NCBI GenBank assembly: GCA_963662625.1
Contig: OY759726.1
Span: 256,001 to 320,000, forward strand
Direction: 5' to 3'
Origin: Nitrosopumilus sp.
Lineage (GTDB): Archaea > Thermoproteota > Nitrososphaeria > Nitrososphaerales > Nitrosopumilaceae
DNA: 64,000 bases
This document shows positions 20,067-29,745 of this stretch, one piece after another (the stretch's first letter is position 1; each line of letters starts with the position of its first letter). Position numbers and translations under genes: made by a program. The notes under the pieces are model-generated. The model saw nothing but the letters and a program-made list of their open reading frames with translations. It searched no databases and was not told where the DNA came from.

Positions 20067-21530
20067 CTACGGCCAGGGCCCCGCCTTGTCGGTCCTGATT
20101 TCAACGTGGCGTCCCTCGTTTGCCACCCGGTAGCCCTGAAAGGGGAACGACTCGGTGTCCGGGAAGCTGTCCAGCTCGAACGACCTTACGGGCCTAGTGC
20201 CCTCCAGGGCCAGCACGATCTCCTCCCCCCTGCCCTGGTCCAGCAGGAGGTGGGGGTCGACTACCATGTACAGGTACCTCGTCTCGGGTTTGCCGTACAG
20301 GATGTCGGCATAGTCCAGAAATACGTTATCGTTCCCGTGCACGCCGGACAGGACCCAGCTGTACACGGGGCTTGAGAGCAGCGTGGAGTCTGCGCCGTCG
20401 AACGTGTCGATGGCATACTGCATCGCTGAGAACTGGGCGGACGTCAGATCGCCGGAGATTATGACGCCGGACGTCACCCCGCCGTAGGCTCCGAGCCCCA
20501 GGATGATCGCGGCGCACGCGGCGTTCCGCGCCCCCGCCGTCCGGATCCGGCTGACGGCGCCCTCCAGCATGAAGCCGGCAGCGACGCACATCGCCGGCAC
20601 GATCAGGATGTAGTGGAAGTACTGGAAGAACCCCACCGCGTTTACGAACAGCAGGAACGGGGCGAACCAGAGCACCAGCATCAGGTTGCGCCGGAGTGCG
20701 GAAAAGGCGAACCCCGCGAATCCCAGCGATGTCATTACGGGATCGATGGAAAACACGGTCCCGGTGATCGGCCAGAACTGCGAGGTGCCCCTCCCGGCAT
20801 GCCAGAGCACGTCCCGGATCCAGTACTCGAGGTGCCCGAGGTGCAGCGCGACCCCCGGCCACGCCATGGGTATCGCAAGCACGGGCGGGAGCCATCCCGC
20901 CAGGGCGCGCGGCCCGCGGCCGGACGCCACCACGTAGGCCACGACCGGGATCAGCGTCACCGCGGTGACTTTCGTGAACACCGCGAGCCCCAGCAGGCAG
21001 GACGAGGCGGCCACCAGCGCGCCCGGGTGCCGGGAATCCTTCGAGTGGAGCGCCAGCAGCAGCGAGGACAGCATGAGGGGCACCAGCAGCCCGTCAAGCA
21101 GTATCCTCCGAAACATCCACGTCATGGGCATCGAGGCAAACAGCACGCCGGAGATCATGGCGGCTTTTCTGCCGAACCTTTTTTCGGTTATCTTGTAGAT
21201 CAGGAACGTGTCGAGCACCGCGAGGAGCCCCATGAGGACGCGCGGCACAAGGTAGGAGGCCTCGAGCGCCCGCTCCACGGTCGCCGGGAACCCGGCCAGC
21301 TTGATCGCGCCGGCAAGGATCACCTGCCCGAGGTACGGGTGGTCGTAGAAATACCCCTCCTGGGGGTTCCCGGTCTCGAGCGTGGTCATGGCCCTCCGCA
21401 TGTAGATCCCCTCGTCAAAGAAGACGTCCGGGAACCCCGCGGGGTTCCACAGGTGGGTGTAGGACGACAGGGCCAGCATCGCAAGCAGTGCCGCATAGTG
21501 CGTCCTTCTGCCCGGGCGCAGGACCTGCAA
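20067..21530 (-). CDS. GT-C membrane glycosyltransferase (PMT/ArnT-like)
   Basis: FFDEGIY and YDHPYLG motifs; many TM helices. Confidence 0.8.
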   Translation of the reverse strand: MQVLRPGRRTHYAALLAMLALSSYTHLWNPAGFPDVFFDEGIYMRRAMTTLETGNPQEGYFYDHPYLGQVILAGAIKLAGFPATVERALEASYLVPRVLMGLLAVLDTFLIYKITEKRFGRKAAMISGVLFASMPMTWMFRRILLDGLLVPLMLSSLLLALHSKDSRHPGALVAASSCLLGLAVFTKVTAVTLIPVVAYVVASGRGPRALAGWLPPVLAIPMAWPGVALHLGHLEYWIRDVLWHAGRGTSQFWPITGTVFSIDPVMTSLGFAGFAFSALRRNLMLVLWFAPFLLFVNAVGFFQYFHYILIVPAMCVAAGFMLEGAVSRIRTAGARNAACAAIILGLGAYGGVTSGVIISGDLTSAQFSAMQYAIDTFDGADSTLLSSPVYSWVLSGVHGNDNVFLDYADILYGKPETRYLYMVVDPHLLLDQGRGEEIVLALEGTRPVRSFELDSFPDTESFPFQGYRVANEGRHVEIRTDKAGPWP

Positions 21531-22170
21531 CGGCCTACGCCCGGGCCGGGGCCGCCGCGGGCCCCGCGGGGATCGGGGACTGGGAGCCCCCTGGGCGGGT
21601 GCCGTGCGCGCGGTGGCAGGTCATCGCGTTTGTATGTGTCCGGCGCCGTATTTATGCATCGGGCGTCCCGCGCGGGGGGCGCGCCCGGGGAACCGGGGCT
21701 TGCAGGGCAGCCCGCGCAAGCGTGAATGCCTACCGCGGGCAACAGCGCGGGGTTGAAGCCAGATTTCCCGGCTCCGGTCCTGCTGGCCGCGCCGCGGCCC
21801 GGCACGCGGGCGCGGGGCCGGGCTAGATCCCGCCGCGGGTCAGAAGCATCGCGGGGTGGCGGGCCAGGTGGACGGCGCCGCGCTCGCGCGCGGGATCCAG
21901 CTCCCGGTCAGCTGGGGGATCACCGTGCTTCCGGCCGGCTCCCCGCGGGCTAGCCGGCTGGCCCGGCCGGGCACGTGACATTCCGGCAGGCAGGCCAGCC
22001 CCGCGCGCAAACGGCCCGGGGCCGTCCCCGGCTGATCGCGGGCGGGCGGCGGCGCCCGTGCTCCTGCGTGGCGCCATGGGGCCAGCCCCGCGCCCCCGCC
22101 AGGCGGCGGCGTGGCACCCGGCGGCCAGACCTATAAGGAATAAATAGATTCAAGGACGAAGCGGAGTGAA

Positions 22171-23289
22171 TTGAGCCAGGCGACAGAGCAGATCCACGAG
22201 AGCGACATAGGCGACGTCCTGGAGAACTCCCTCCGGGGCAAGCGCCCCACGCGGGAGGACTGCCTGCGCGTCCTGGAGTCCGACGACGTCCACCTCCTGG
22301 GCATGGTGGCAGGCCACCTGGCAAGGAGGCGGTTCGGGAACAAGGCCTCGTTCGTGAACAACATCATCCTCAACTACACCAACGTCTGCATCACGGACTG
22401 CAAGTTCTGCGCGTTCTACCGGCAGCCGGGGGCGGAGGACGCGTACACCCTGACGCTGGACCAGATCGAGTCCCGCGTGAGGGCATCCTGGGAGATGTTC
22501 GGGATAAGGCAGGTCCTGATCCAGGGCGGGCACAACCCGAACCTGCGCATAGAGTACTACGAGGACGCGTTCAGGATGATCCGGGAAAGGTTCCCGAGGG
22601 TCGGGGTCCACGGGCTCTCGGCCTCGGAGATCGACACCATAGCCAGGGTGGAGAGATCGTCCACCGGGGAGGTCCTCTCCAGGCTGAAGGAGGCCGGGCT
22701 GCAGTCGGTGCCCGGCGCCGGCGCCGAGATACTCGTGGACTCTGTCAAGGACGTCATCAGCCCCAAGAAGATCTCCAGCGGCGAGTGGATAAGGATAATG
22801 AGGGAGGCCCACGAGATGGGCCTGCCGGCGTCGGCGACCATGATGTACGGCCACGTGGAGAGCGACCGGGACGTCGTGGATCACTTCTTCAAGGTAGCCG
22901 GGCTGCAGGAGGAGACCGGGGGCTTTATGGCGTTCATCCCGTGGAATTTCGAGCCAAACAACACCCCGATGCAGGCAGAGGGGCGGGCGGGTTACGGCGC
23001 CGGCGGGATCCAGCTGCTGAAGATGATAGCGGTGTCGCGGCTGGTCTTCGACGGCCTGATCCCGCACATCCAGTCGTCATGGCTCACCAACGGCGTGGGC
23101 ATGGCCCAGCTGGCGCTGGGTTACGGCGCGGACGACTTTGGCGGGACCCTGATCGGGGAGGAGGTGGTCTCCTGCACTGGCGCGCGCTCGACGGAGCTGA
23201 CGGGCAAGGTCATCGTGGAGGCCATACGCCAGATCGGCTACGAGGCCGAGGAGCGGGACAACTTTTACAACCCCGCGGGCAAATCATAG
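22171..23289 (+). CDS. mqnC: Cyclic dehypoxanthinyl futalosine synthase (CofH/MqnC radical SAM)
   Basis: NYTNVCITDCKFCAF, QGGH.P, PGAGAEIL, GADDFGGTL..E.V; next to UbiD-family gene. Confidence 0.8.
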   Translation: MSQATEQIHESDIGDVLENSLRGKRPTREDCLRVLESDDVHLLGMVAGHLARRRFGNKASFVNNIILNYTNVCITDCKFCAFYRQPGAEDAYTLTLDQIESRVRASWEMFGIRQVLIQGGHNPNLRIEYYEDAFRMIRERFPRVGVHGLSASEIDTIARVERSSTGEVLSRLKEAGLQSVPGAGAEILVDSVKDVISPKKISSGEWIRIMREAHEMGLPASATMMYGHVESDRDVVDHFFKVAGLQEETGGFMAFIPWNFEPNNTPMQAEGRAGYGAGGIQLLKMIAVSRLVFDGLIPHIQSSWLTNGVGMAQLALGYGADDFGGTLIGEEVVSCTGARSTELTGKVIVEAIRQIGYEAEERDNFYNPAGKS

Positions 23290-24726
23290 GCCGTATTCGG
23301 CCCACCTCGAGTCCACCAGCCCCCTCGTGCCGTCGTCCACCGCGACCCGCCGCTGGACCTCCCTGCAGTAGCCCTCCTCAGGGGTCTTCTGCGTCGCGTC
23401 GATTCCGAGCTTGGAGCCCAGGTTGACGAGCGGGGAGGCAGGATCCAGCGTGTCGGTCGGGGCGCCGTCGACGATCACCGTGTCCCTCGCCGCGTCGGCC
23501 CTCGTCGTGACCGCCCATATGACGTCGTTTGCGTCGTGCACGTCGACGTCATCGTCCACCACGACGAGCATCTTGGTCAGGGACAGCTGCCCCATCCCCC
23601 ACAGCCCCATCATGACCTTCTTCGCCTGGCCGGGGTACCTCTTCCTGATCGAGACCACCGCCAGCCCCTGGAACCAGCCCGCCGCCGGCATGCCAAAGTC
23701 CGCCACCTCGGGATGGAACATCCTGATCAGCGGCAAGAACGACCTCTCTATCACCTTGCCCACGTACGCGTCCTCCAGCACGGGCTTGCCCACCACCGTG
23801 GTGACGTATATCGGATCCCTCCTCATCATCATCCCGGTCATGGTAAACGTGGGGTACTGCTCGACCGGCGTGTAGTAGCCCGTGTGGTCCCCAAACGGCC
23901 CCTCGTCACGGACGTCCTGCGGATCGACGTGCCCCTCCAGGACGATCTCGGCGCTTGCCGGGACCTCGAGGTCTACCGTCCGGCACTTGACCGTCCTGAT
24001 CCCCTTCCTCCTCGCGATCCCCGAAAACAGGTACTTGTCGAGCCCCTCCGGGACGGGCGCTATGGAGGAAAAGACGGTGGACGGCTCGCCCCCTATGATC
24101 ACCGCCGCGGGTATCCTCTCCCCCGCTTCCCTTGAGATCTCCCCGTGCTGGGCGCCCCTCTTGTGCTTCTGCCAGTGCATCAGCGCGTGCGTGTCGTCGA
24201 CCACCTGCATCCTGTAGACGCCCAGGTTCCTCACCCCCGTCTCGGGGTGCTTTGTGGCCACCAGCCCCAGCGTGATGAACCTGCCCGCGTCCCCGGGCCA
24301 CGATTTGAGGACCGGCAGCCTCCCAAAAGAGGGCGGCGCCGAGACCTCGGTGACGGGGCCCCCTCCCTCGGGCCTCGGAAAGGCATCGGCCATCTTGGAG
24401 AGCTCAGGAAGCTTCCTTATCTTGCCGAGTAGCCCCGGCGGGACGTCCATCCTGGACATGTCGACGATCCTCTGCCCGATCTCCGTAAAGTCGGACGTCC
24501 CCAGCGCGATCTCCAGCCGCCTGATCGAGCCAAACGCGTTTCCCAGCACCGGGATGTCGAATCCCTTGACGTCCTCGAAGAGCACCGCCGGGCCGTTTGC
24601 GTACATCACCCTTCTCAGCACCTCGGCGGCCTCCAGGTCAGGGTCCACCTGCGCCCTGACCCTTTTCAGCTCCCCGTTCTTTTCCAGCTCCGCCACGAAC
24701 TCGTGCATGTCCTCTATCGGCATCAC
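23284..24726 (-). CDS. ubiD: UbiD-family (menaquinone pathway) decarboxylase
   Basis: RNLGVYRMQ, EGPFGDHTGYY, VVDDDVD, GSKLGIDAT. Confidence 0.9.
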   Translation of the reverse strand: MMPIEDMHEFVAELEKNGELKRVRAQVDPDLEAAEVLRRVMYANGPAVLFEDVKGFDIPVLGNAFGSIRRLEIALGTSDFTEIGQRIVDMSRMDVPPGLLGKIRKLPELSKMADAFPRPEGGGPVTEVSAPPSFGRLPVLKSWPGDAGRFITLGLVATKHPETGVRNLGVYRMQVVDDTHALMHWQKHKRGAQHGEISREAGERIPAAVIIGGEPSTVFSSIAPVPEGLDKYLFSGIARRKGIRTVKCRTVDLEVPASAEIVLEGHVDPQDVRDEGPFGDHTGYYTPVEQYPTFTMTGMMMRRDPIYVTTVVGKPVLEDAYVGKVIERSFLPLIRMFHPEVADFGMPAAGWFQGLAVVSIRKRYPGQAKKVMMGLWGMGQLSLTKMLVVVDDDVDVHDANDVIWAVTTRADAARDTVIVDGAPTDTLDPASPLVNLGSKLGIDATQKTPEEGYCREVQRRVAVDDGTRGLVDSRWAEYGL

Positions 24727-24930
24727 CGTCAGTTTGGCGGGTCAAAGTATAAGTCTAGCTAGCATTGGCACTCCCGATCGTCGGCGTCGTGCCGGCACAC
24801 CCGCAGGGCCTGAACCTGCCGGGAACGGGCGCCGCGCGGTCCAGTGGCCCGGCCCGTTCTGCCGGCGGCGCGGCACGCACCCGGGGGCGCAATCAAGGTT
24901 TATATGAAATGCCCGGAGGATTTTGGGTAC

Positions 24931-25281
24931 ATGTCCGTCATAGAGACCGTAAGCGACGTGGACAACACGTTCCTGTCAAGGAGGGAGATTACCTGCAGCT
25001 TTGCGGGGGTCGGGGGCAGGCTGAAGAAGCTGGAAGCCGCAGGCATGGTCGCCAAGAAGTTCAAGATCAATGGCAAGGTGGTGATCCCGGTGAGGCTGCA
25101 GCCGCTGGTGGGCAAGCCGCAGGTCACCGGGACGTTCTACGTGTATGACGACGAGGCCCTGGCGAAAAGGCACGTCAACCCCACCATATTTGCGAGGATG
25201 GAAAGGGCAAGGGCCGCCGAGGACGCGGGGCAAGAAGGGGCGGCCGCCGAGGGGCAGGCCCCTGGGGAGAAGCCCGGGTGA
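24931..25281 (+). CDS. rps24e: 30S ribosomal protein S24e
   Basis: NTFLSRREI...YVYDD; adjacent to S27ae. Confidence 0.8.
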   Translation: MSVIETVSDVDNTFLSRREITCSFAGVGGRLKKLEAAGMVAKKFKINGKVVIPVRLQPLVGKPQVTGTFYVYDDEALAKRHVNPTIFARMERARAAEDAGQEGAAAEGQAPGEKPG

Positions 25282-25454
25282 TGGCCGGGAGGAAGGGCTC
25301 CAGCCCCAAGGTCTACGGCTACTACAAGGTGGATGGCGAGAAGGTGTCCAGGATGAAGAAGATCTGCTCCAGGTGCGGGAAGGGCGTCTTCATGTCCGAG
25401 CACAAGGACAGGCACGCGTGCGGCAAGTGCAACCTGACCGAATTCAAGCAGTGA
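25281..25454 (+). CDS. rps27ae: 30S ribosomal protein S27ae
   Basis: Manual translation [57 protein letters not shown]. Confidence 0.93.
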   Translation: MAGRKGSSPKVYGYYKVDGEKVSRMKKICSRCGKGVFMSEHKDRHACGKCNLTEFKQ

Positions 25455-25466
25455 CCCCCGCGGGGC

Positions 25467-26177
25467 TCAGTACAGCCGCCTCTTGCGCAGCCTGCCGCTC
25501 TTCTCCTCGAGCTCGGCCAGCCGCTTCATGAACCCTGGGCCGATCCTGATCTTCGAGAGGGACTCGGCGGACAGCCTCACCGTGTTGGAGTCGAGCGCGA
25601 CGTTCGTCTTGGGCAGGCCCCTGTCGATCCAGAGCCTCACTGCCTTGTCCTCGAGCCTGCGGTCGCGGAACCCCGCGGGGAACCTCTTGGTGATGTGGCG
25701 CAGCAGCGTCCGGTCGTCGAACACTGCCCGGGGGTCGAGCAGCCGGGTCCCGTCGGCGTAGGCGCTCTCGAACAGGCTCCCCGTGACCTCGTCGGAGAGC
25801 ACGTCCATCCTAGATATCTTGCGCGCCAGGTCCAGGAAGTGCAGGAACTCGTGGGCCAGGATCGCGTGGATGGTGCCCTTGAGCCCGTACGCCACCAGGG
25901 GCGCAGACACCTGGATCACCACCTGGAACCCGCCGTCGAACGTCACCGGGATCGTCCTCGCGAACAGTATGCCGAACTGGTACGACCGCGGATCCGCCGC
26001 GGTTATCACCGCGGAGGGCTCCACGTAGGCCATCGGGTACTGTATCCCGGACGCCCTCTCGATCCTGTTGATCCCCTCGACGGCCAGCGGGAAGCGCCGC
26101 GCCACGAGCTCGTAGACCCTGCCTGGGATGACCCCCCTGGCGCGGGCGTCCTTGAGCCTTGCGAGCGGATCCAACAT
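25467..26177 (-). CDS. Hypothetical protein with HExxH motif
   Basis: ILAHEFLH; host-like codon usage. Confidence 0.75.
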   Translation of the reverse strand: MLDPLARLKDARARGVIPGRVYELVARRFPLAVEGINRIERASGIQYPMAYVEPSAVITAADPRSYQFGILFARTIPVTFDGGFQVVIQVSAPLVAYGLKGTIHAILAHEFLHFLDLARKISRMDVLSDEVTGSLFESAYADGTRLLDPRAVFDDRTLLRHITKRFPAGFRDRRLEDKAVRLWIDRGLPKTNVALDSNTVRLSAESLSKIRIGPGFMKRLAELEEKSGRLRKRRLY

Positions 26178-26213
26178 ATCACCTCGGGCGCACTCGGCGT
26201 AAAAAGCTTGGTT

Positions 26214-26315
26214 CTACCCGGACCTTGGCTTTCCGGCCTTGGACTGCTTCGTCCTGCGCCTCTCGGCCCGCTGATCGGCGCGCCTCCCGTGCTTGCCCTT
26301 CTTCCTGAGCGGCAT
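26214..26315 (-). CDS. Small highly basic peptide (33 aa)
   Basis: Manual translation MPLRKKGKHGRRADQRAERRRTKQSKAGKPRSG; GC3-rich codons as in host genes. Confidence 0.55.
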   Translation of the reverse strand: MPLRKKGKHGRRADQRAERRRTKQSKAGKPRSG

Positions 26316-26339
26316 GGGGGCGGTTGGGGGCGGCGCTAG

Positions 26340-27497
26340 TTAATTGTTGCCATTGGCGCGCACCCCCAGGAAGTCAAACCCCTCGCAGGCGCACGCGCCC
26401 CCCAGGATCCCGCTTATCCCAGGGCTGACGCCGTCCCCCTCGACGAACCGCCTTACCGGCAGGCCGCCCTCGGCCTCGACCACCATGCAGAACCCCCGCT
26501 CGGACGTCCTCCTGTACCTGGTGCAGGAGACGGACTTTTCGGAGCGCTTCCCTGACGGCTCGTAGACCACGACCGGCGAGAGGAGGGAGGGCTTCAGCCG
26601 CCGGAGGGCCCGCGCCGAGACGGGGCCCTCCGTCGAGACCCTGATCTTGATCGTCGAGGAGAACCTCACCGGCATCCTGGGCAGGCCGGCGAGGATCCTG
26701 CAGCCGCGCAGTTCCACGGGGCCGAGCCGGATCCGGCGCGGGAGCCCCGGGCTCCGCCTGTCGGGATCGTGGATCCTCGCGAAGAACGGCCTCCCGTCGC
26801 CCAGCACCAGGCTGTCCCTGTCCTCGCCGCCGACCCAGGTGAACCTCACCGTGGAGCAGCCGAACCGCGAGAAGAGATCCCCGGAGATCCGCCCCTCGAC
26901 GCTGTCAAACGAGTCGATCCCGTGGAAGCCGCACGCCGCGCACCCCCCGCCCGAGCAGCCCGCGCAGGGCGCCTGCCTCTGCGGGAACCCGCGCCGGGTC
27001 TTGGCGTAGGCGCCGTAGAGCACCACCGGCTTTGCCCGCGCCGCGCACGACATGTCCCGGGTGTCGACCGTGAGCGTGAGGTCGGGGTCGAGCGCGTCGG
27101 GCGCCCCGCCGGCCTTCCGGGAGAACCGCCTCGAGAGGTCCCGCGTGAGGCCGGTCTTGAAGCTGTCCGCCCCCCGGAGCCTGAACTTGGATCGGACCAG
27201 GTCGTCCCGGTCCATCACGGACGGCCTGACCCGGGCCCCCACCGCGAATGTCGCGAACTCGCGCCCCGACGACGCCTCGAGCATCAGATCCAGCATCCGC
27301 CCCAGGGAGGACGAGAGGTCCCGGCAGACGTAGCACCTGCCGGGCGCCGCGGCGCCCCCCCTGAGCCGCCTGCCGAGGAGCCTGCTCGGCGGCGCCCCCG
27401 GCCGCCTTGCAAGCAGCCTGCCGAGGCAGCTGTCGCACAGGCTGTACTCCCTCAGGATCCTGCCTGCTGCGGGGAGGAGCTCCCGGATTCCGGCCAT
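26340..27497 (-). CDS. pus10: tRNA pseudouridine(54/55) synthase Pus10-like
   Basis: LCDSCLGR, G.Y.K..R..PQ, GGEDRDSLVLGDGRPF, GGLPVRRFVEGD. Confidence 0.8.
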   Translation of the reverse strand: MAGIRELLPAAGRILREYSLCDSCLGRLLARRPGAPPSRLLGRRLRGGAAAPGRCYVCRDLSSSLGRMLDLMLEASSGREFATFAVGARVRPSVMDRDDLVRSKFRLRGADSFKTGLTRDLSRRFSRKAGGAPDALDPDLTLTVDTRDMSCAARAKPVVLYGAYAKTRRGFPQRQAPCAGCSGGGCAACGFHGIDSFDSVEGRISGDLFSRFGCSTVRFTWVGGEDRDSLVLGDGRPFFARIHDPDRRSPGLPRRIRLGPVELRGCRILAGLPRMPVRFSSTIKIRVSTEGPVSARALRRLKPSLLSPVVVYEPSGKRSEKSVSCTRYRRTSERGFCMVVEAEGGLPVRRFVEGDGVSPGISGILGGACACEGFDFLGVRANGNN

Positions 27498-27509
27498 GGC
27501 GCGGCCCGG

Positions 27510-28838
27510 CTAGCCCAGCCCCATGCGCTTCAGGGCGCCCCGCATCTGCCTCCCCCTCGACGCCTTCATTATGCTCTTGGAGTTCTTGTAGTTCTTGAGC
27601 AGATCCTTGACGTCGTGTTCGGGCCAGCCGGAGCCCCTCGCGATCCGCTTTACCCTGTTGGCGTTCTTCAGCAGGTCGGGGTCGGACTTTTCGGCCGCCG
27701 TCATGCTCTGTATTATGTACCTCCACCGGGACACCTTCTCCTCCATCTGCCCCAGCTGGTCGTCCTTGATCATGCCGGAAAGGCCCGGCATGCTGTCCAG
27801 CAGCCCCCTGAGGGATCCCACCTTCGTCACCTCCTCGAGCTGGTAGAAAAAGTCCTCCATGTTCATCTTCCCGCTGGTGATCCGCCTCATCCTGACGTCG
27901 TCGCCCTCGCTCTCCAGCCGCTTGGCCAGGTCCAGTACCGCCTGGACGTCGCCCATCCCCAGCAGCCTTCCCACGAACCTCGTGGGGGAGAACTTCTCGA
28001 GATCGTCTATGCGCTCCCCCGTGCCTATGTACATGATCCTGGCCCCGGTGGCCGCCGACGCTGCTATCGCGCCGCCGCCCTTCGCGGAGCTGTCCAGCTT
28101 CGTTATTATGATCCCCCCCACCGGCACCGTCTTGTGGAACGCCTCGGCCTGCCCGAAGCACTGCTGGCCGATCGTCCCGTCGATCACGAGCAGCGCGAGC
28201 TCGGGGTCGGCCGCCCTGTTGATGGCGTCCATCTCCTCCAGCAGGTCGCGCTCCTCCTTGTGCCGGCCCGCCGTGTCGATCAGTATGACGTCGAGGGGCT
28301 GGCCCCCAAAGTGGCCCAGGCCGTTCCTGACCGTCGCTGCCGGGTCCTTGCTGCCCTCCTCCCCGTACACCTCGGCGCCCGACTTTTCGCACATGGTCCT
28401 CAGCTGGACCAGCGCCCCGGGCCTGTACGTGTCGGCCCCTATCACCCCCACGGAGTACCCCTGCCTCGTCAGGAACCTGGCAAGCTTCGACGCCACCGTG
28501 GTCTTGCCGCTGCCCTGGATCCCCAGCAGGATGATCCTGTTCTGCCTGCCGGGCTTGAACGAGAACTCGGCCTCGTCCCCGAGCAGCCTTGCCAGCTCGT
28601 CGTAGAGGATCTTCACTATGTGGTCCTTCCTAGAGAGGCCCGGCGGCGGGGCCTCGTTGAGGGAGCGCTCCCTCAGGCGCCCCGTGATCTCCGACACCAG
28701 GCGGACGTTCACGTCGGAGGTCAGCAGCGCCCTCTGGACGTCCCTGCACAGCTCGTCTATCAGGTCCTCGTCCACGCCGGATGACTTTACGACCCTCTTG
28801 ATCGCGGCCCGCAGGTTGTCTTTCAATCCGTCAAGCAT
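27510..28838 (-). CDS. srp54: Signal recognition particle protein SRP54
   Basis: GIQGSGKTT, DTAGRH, TKLD, M domain (RIARGSG). Confidence 0.97.
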   Translation of the reverse strand: MLDGLKDNLRAAIKRVVKSSGVDEDLIDELCRDVQRALLTSDVNVRLVSEITGRLRERSLNEAPPPGLSRKDHIVKILYDELARLLGDEAEFSFKPGRQNRIILLGIQGSGKTTVASKLARFLTRQGYSVGVIGADTYRPGALVQLRTMCEKSGAEVYGEEGSKDPAATVRNGLGHFGGQPLDVILIDTAGRHKEERDLLEEMDAINRAADPELALLVIDGTIGQQCFGQAEAFHKTVPVGGIIITKLDSSAKGGGAIAASAATGARIMYIGTGERIDDLEKFSPTRFVGRLLGMGDVQAVLDLAKRLESEGDDVRMRRITSGKMNMEDFFYQLEEVTKVGSLRGLLDSMPGLSGMIKDDQLGQMEEKVSRWRYIIQSMTAAEKSDPDLLKNANRVKRIARGSGWPEHDVKDLLKNYKNSKSIMKASRGRQMRGALKRMGLG

Positions 28839-29520
28839 TGCTGGTTAGCCTCGCGTCCGTTATTTCAAACATTCCTCTGTACCCGTCCCACGAGCTCCTC
28901 CCGTCGACTATCTCGATCGGGCTGGAGAACAGGGGGCACCCGGTGACGAAGGTCTCCGCCTCCCCGCCCTCGAAGGCCATGTTGAAGCCGTACTCCTCCG
29001 AGAGGCGGGCCAGCGTCCCGACGTCGCCCCTGCCCACCCGCCTTCCCAGCCAGGAGCCGTCCAGGCCGCCCGACGAGACGCTGGTGACGACGTACTCAAA
29101 GCCGTCGTCCAGGAGTGCGTCCATGTACCTGCGGGGGTCGGCCCCCCACAGGGGGGACAGCACCTCGAGGTCGCACCTGCCGCACAGGTCCTCGAACCTC
29201 GACCTCTGGAACTCGCTGAGGATCCCGCCGTGGACGAGGCCGTCGACGCCGTAGTCGTTCTTGGCCTGGAGCAGCACCTGCTTGAGCGCGTCGTCCTCGT
29301 CCTCGGCGCTGTCAAAGTCCGCGCGGGCCGCCACGTGGGGCAGGCGCATGGACCTGGCCTGGAGGCCCGTCCAGGCTATGTTGGGGTAGTGCAGCAGGTG
29401 GCTCTCCCCCGACTTTGGGAAGACCGTCAGCAGGCACCTGACGGCGTGCCCCTGCCTCCGCGCGAGGAACACGGAATACGCGCTGTCCTTCCCCCCGGAG
29501 AACAGCGACGCGAGTTTCAT
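28831..29520 (-). CDS. dph6: Diphthine--ammonia ligase family
   Basis: SGGKDS PP-loop, EGGEAETFV. Confidence 0.85.
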   Translation of the reverse strand: MKLASLFSGGKDSAYSVFLARRQGHAVRCLLTVFPKSGESHLLHYPNIAWTGLQARSMRLPHVAARADFDSAEDEDDALKQVLLQAKNDYGVDGLVHGGILSEFQRSRFEDLCGRCDLEVLSPLWGADPRRYMDALLDDGFEYVVTSVSSGGLDGSWLGRRVGRGDVGTLARLSEEYGFNMAFEGGEAETFVTGCPLFSSPIEIVDGRSSWDGYRGMFEITDARLTSNA

Positions 29521-29616
29521 TGTGGGGGTTCGGGGCGGGAGGTTATTTTTGTTTAGGTGCCGGCGGCGTCCCGCTGGCGGGCGCCCGCGCGATCGCCGGG
29601 GGCGCTGGGGTGCTGA

Positions 29617-29683
29617 CGGATGCCTCATTACTCATAATCCTCATCAATGCTCAGTTGGCTTTTCCGCTCATCATCGGCATCCG
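29617..29683 (-). ncRNA. Box C/D 2'-O-methylation guide sRNA (predicted target C34 of tRNA-Met CAU)
   Basis: 8-bp terminal stem CGGAUGCC/GGCAUCCG; C AUGAUGA, D' CUGA, C' UUGAUGA, D-like AUGA; D guide GGAUUAUGAGU complementary to ACUCAUAAUCC; TATA tttaaaata about 25 nt upstream. Confidence 0.8.
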
Positions 29684-29745
29684 AATGGTGCCACGCCGCC
29701 GCCGTATTTTAAAGCAGCCCGCGGGCGCGGGGCGCGCCGGGGGGC

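Noticed and set aside
26769-28784. Long antisense and alternate-frame ORFs throughout the window (example 671 aa)
   Set aside because: Expected shadows of high-GC3 genes; Arg/Pro/Gly-rich with no motifs
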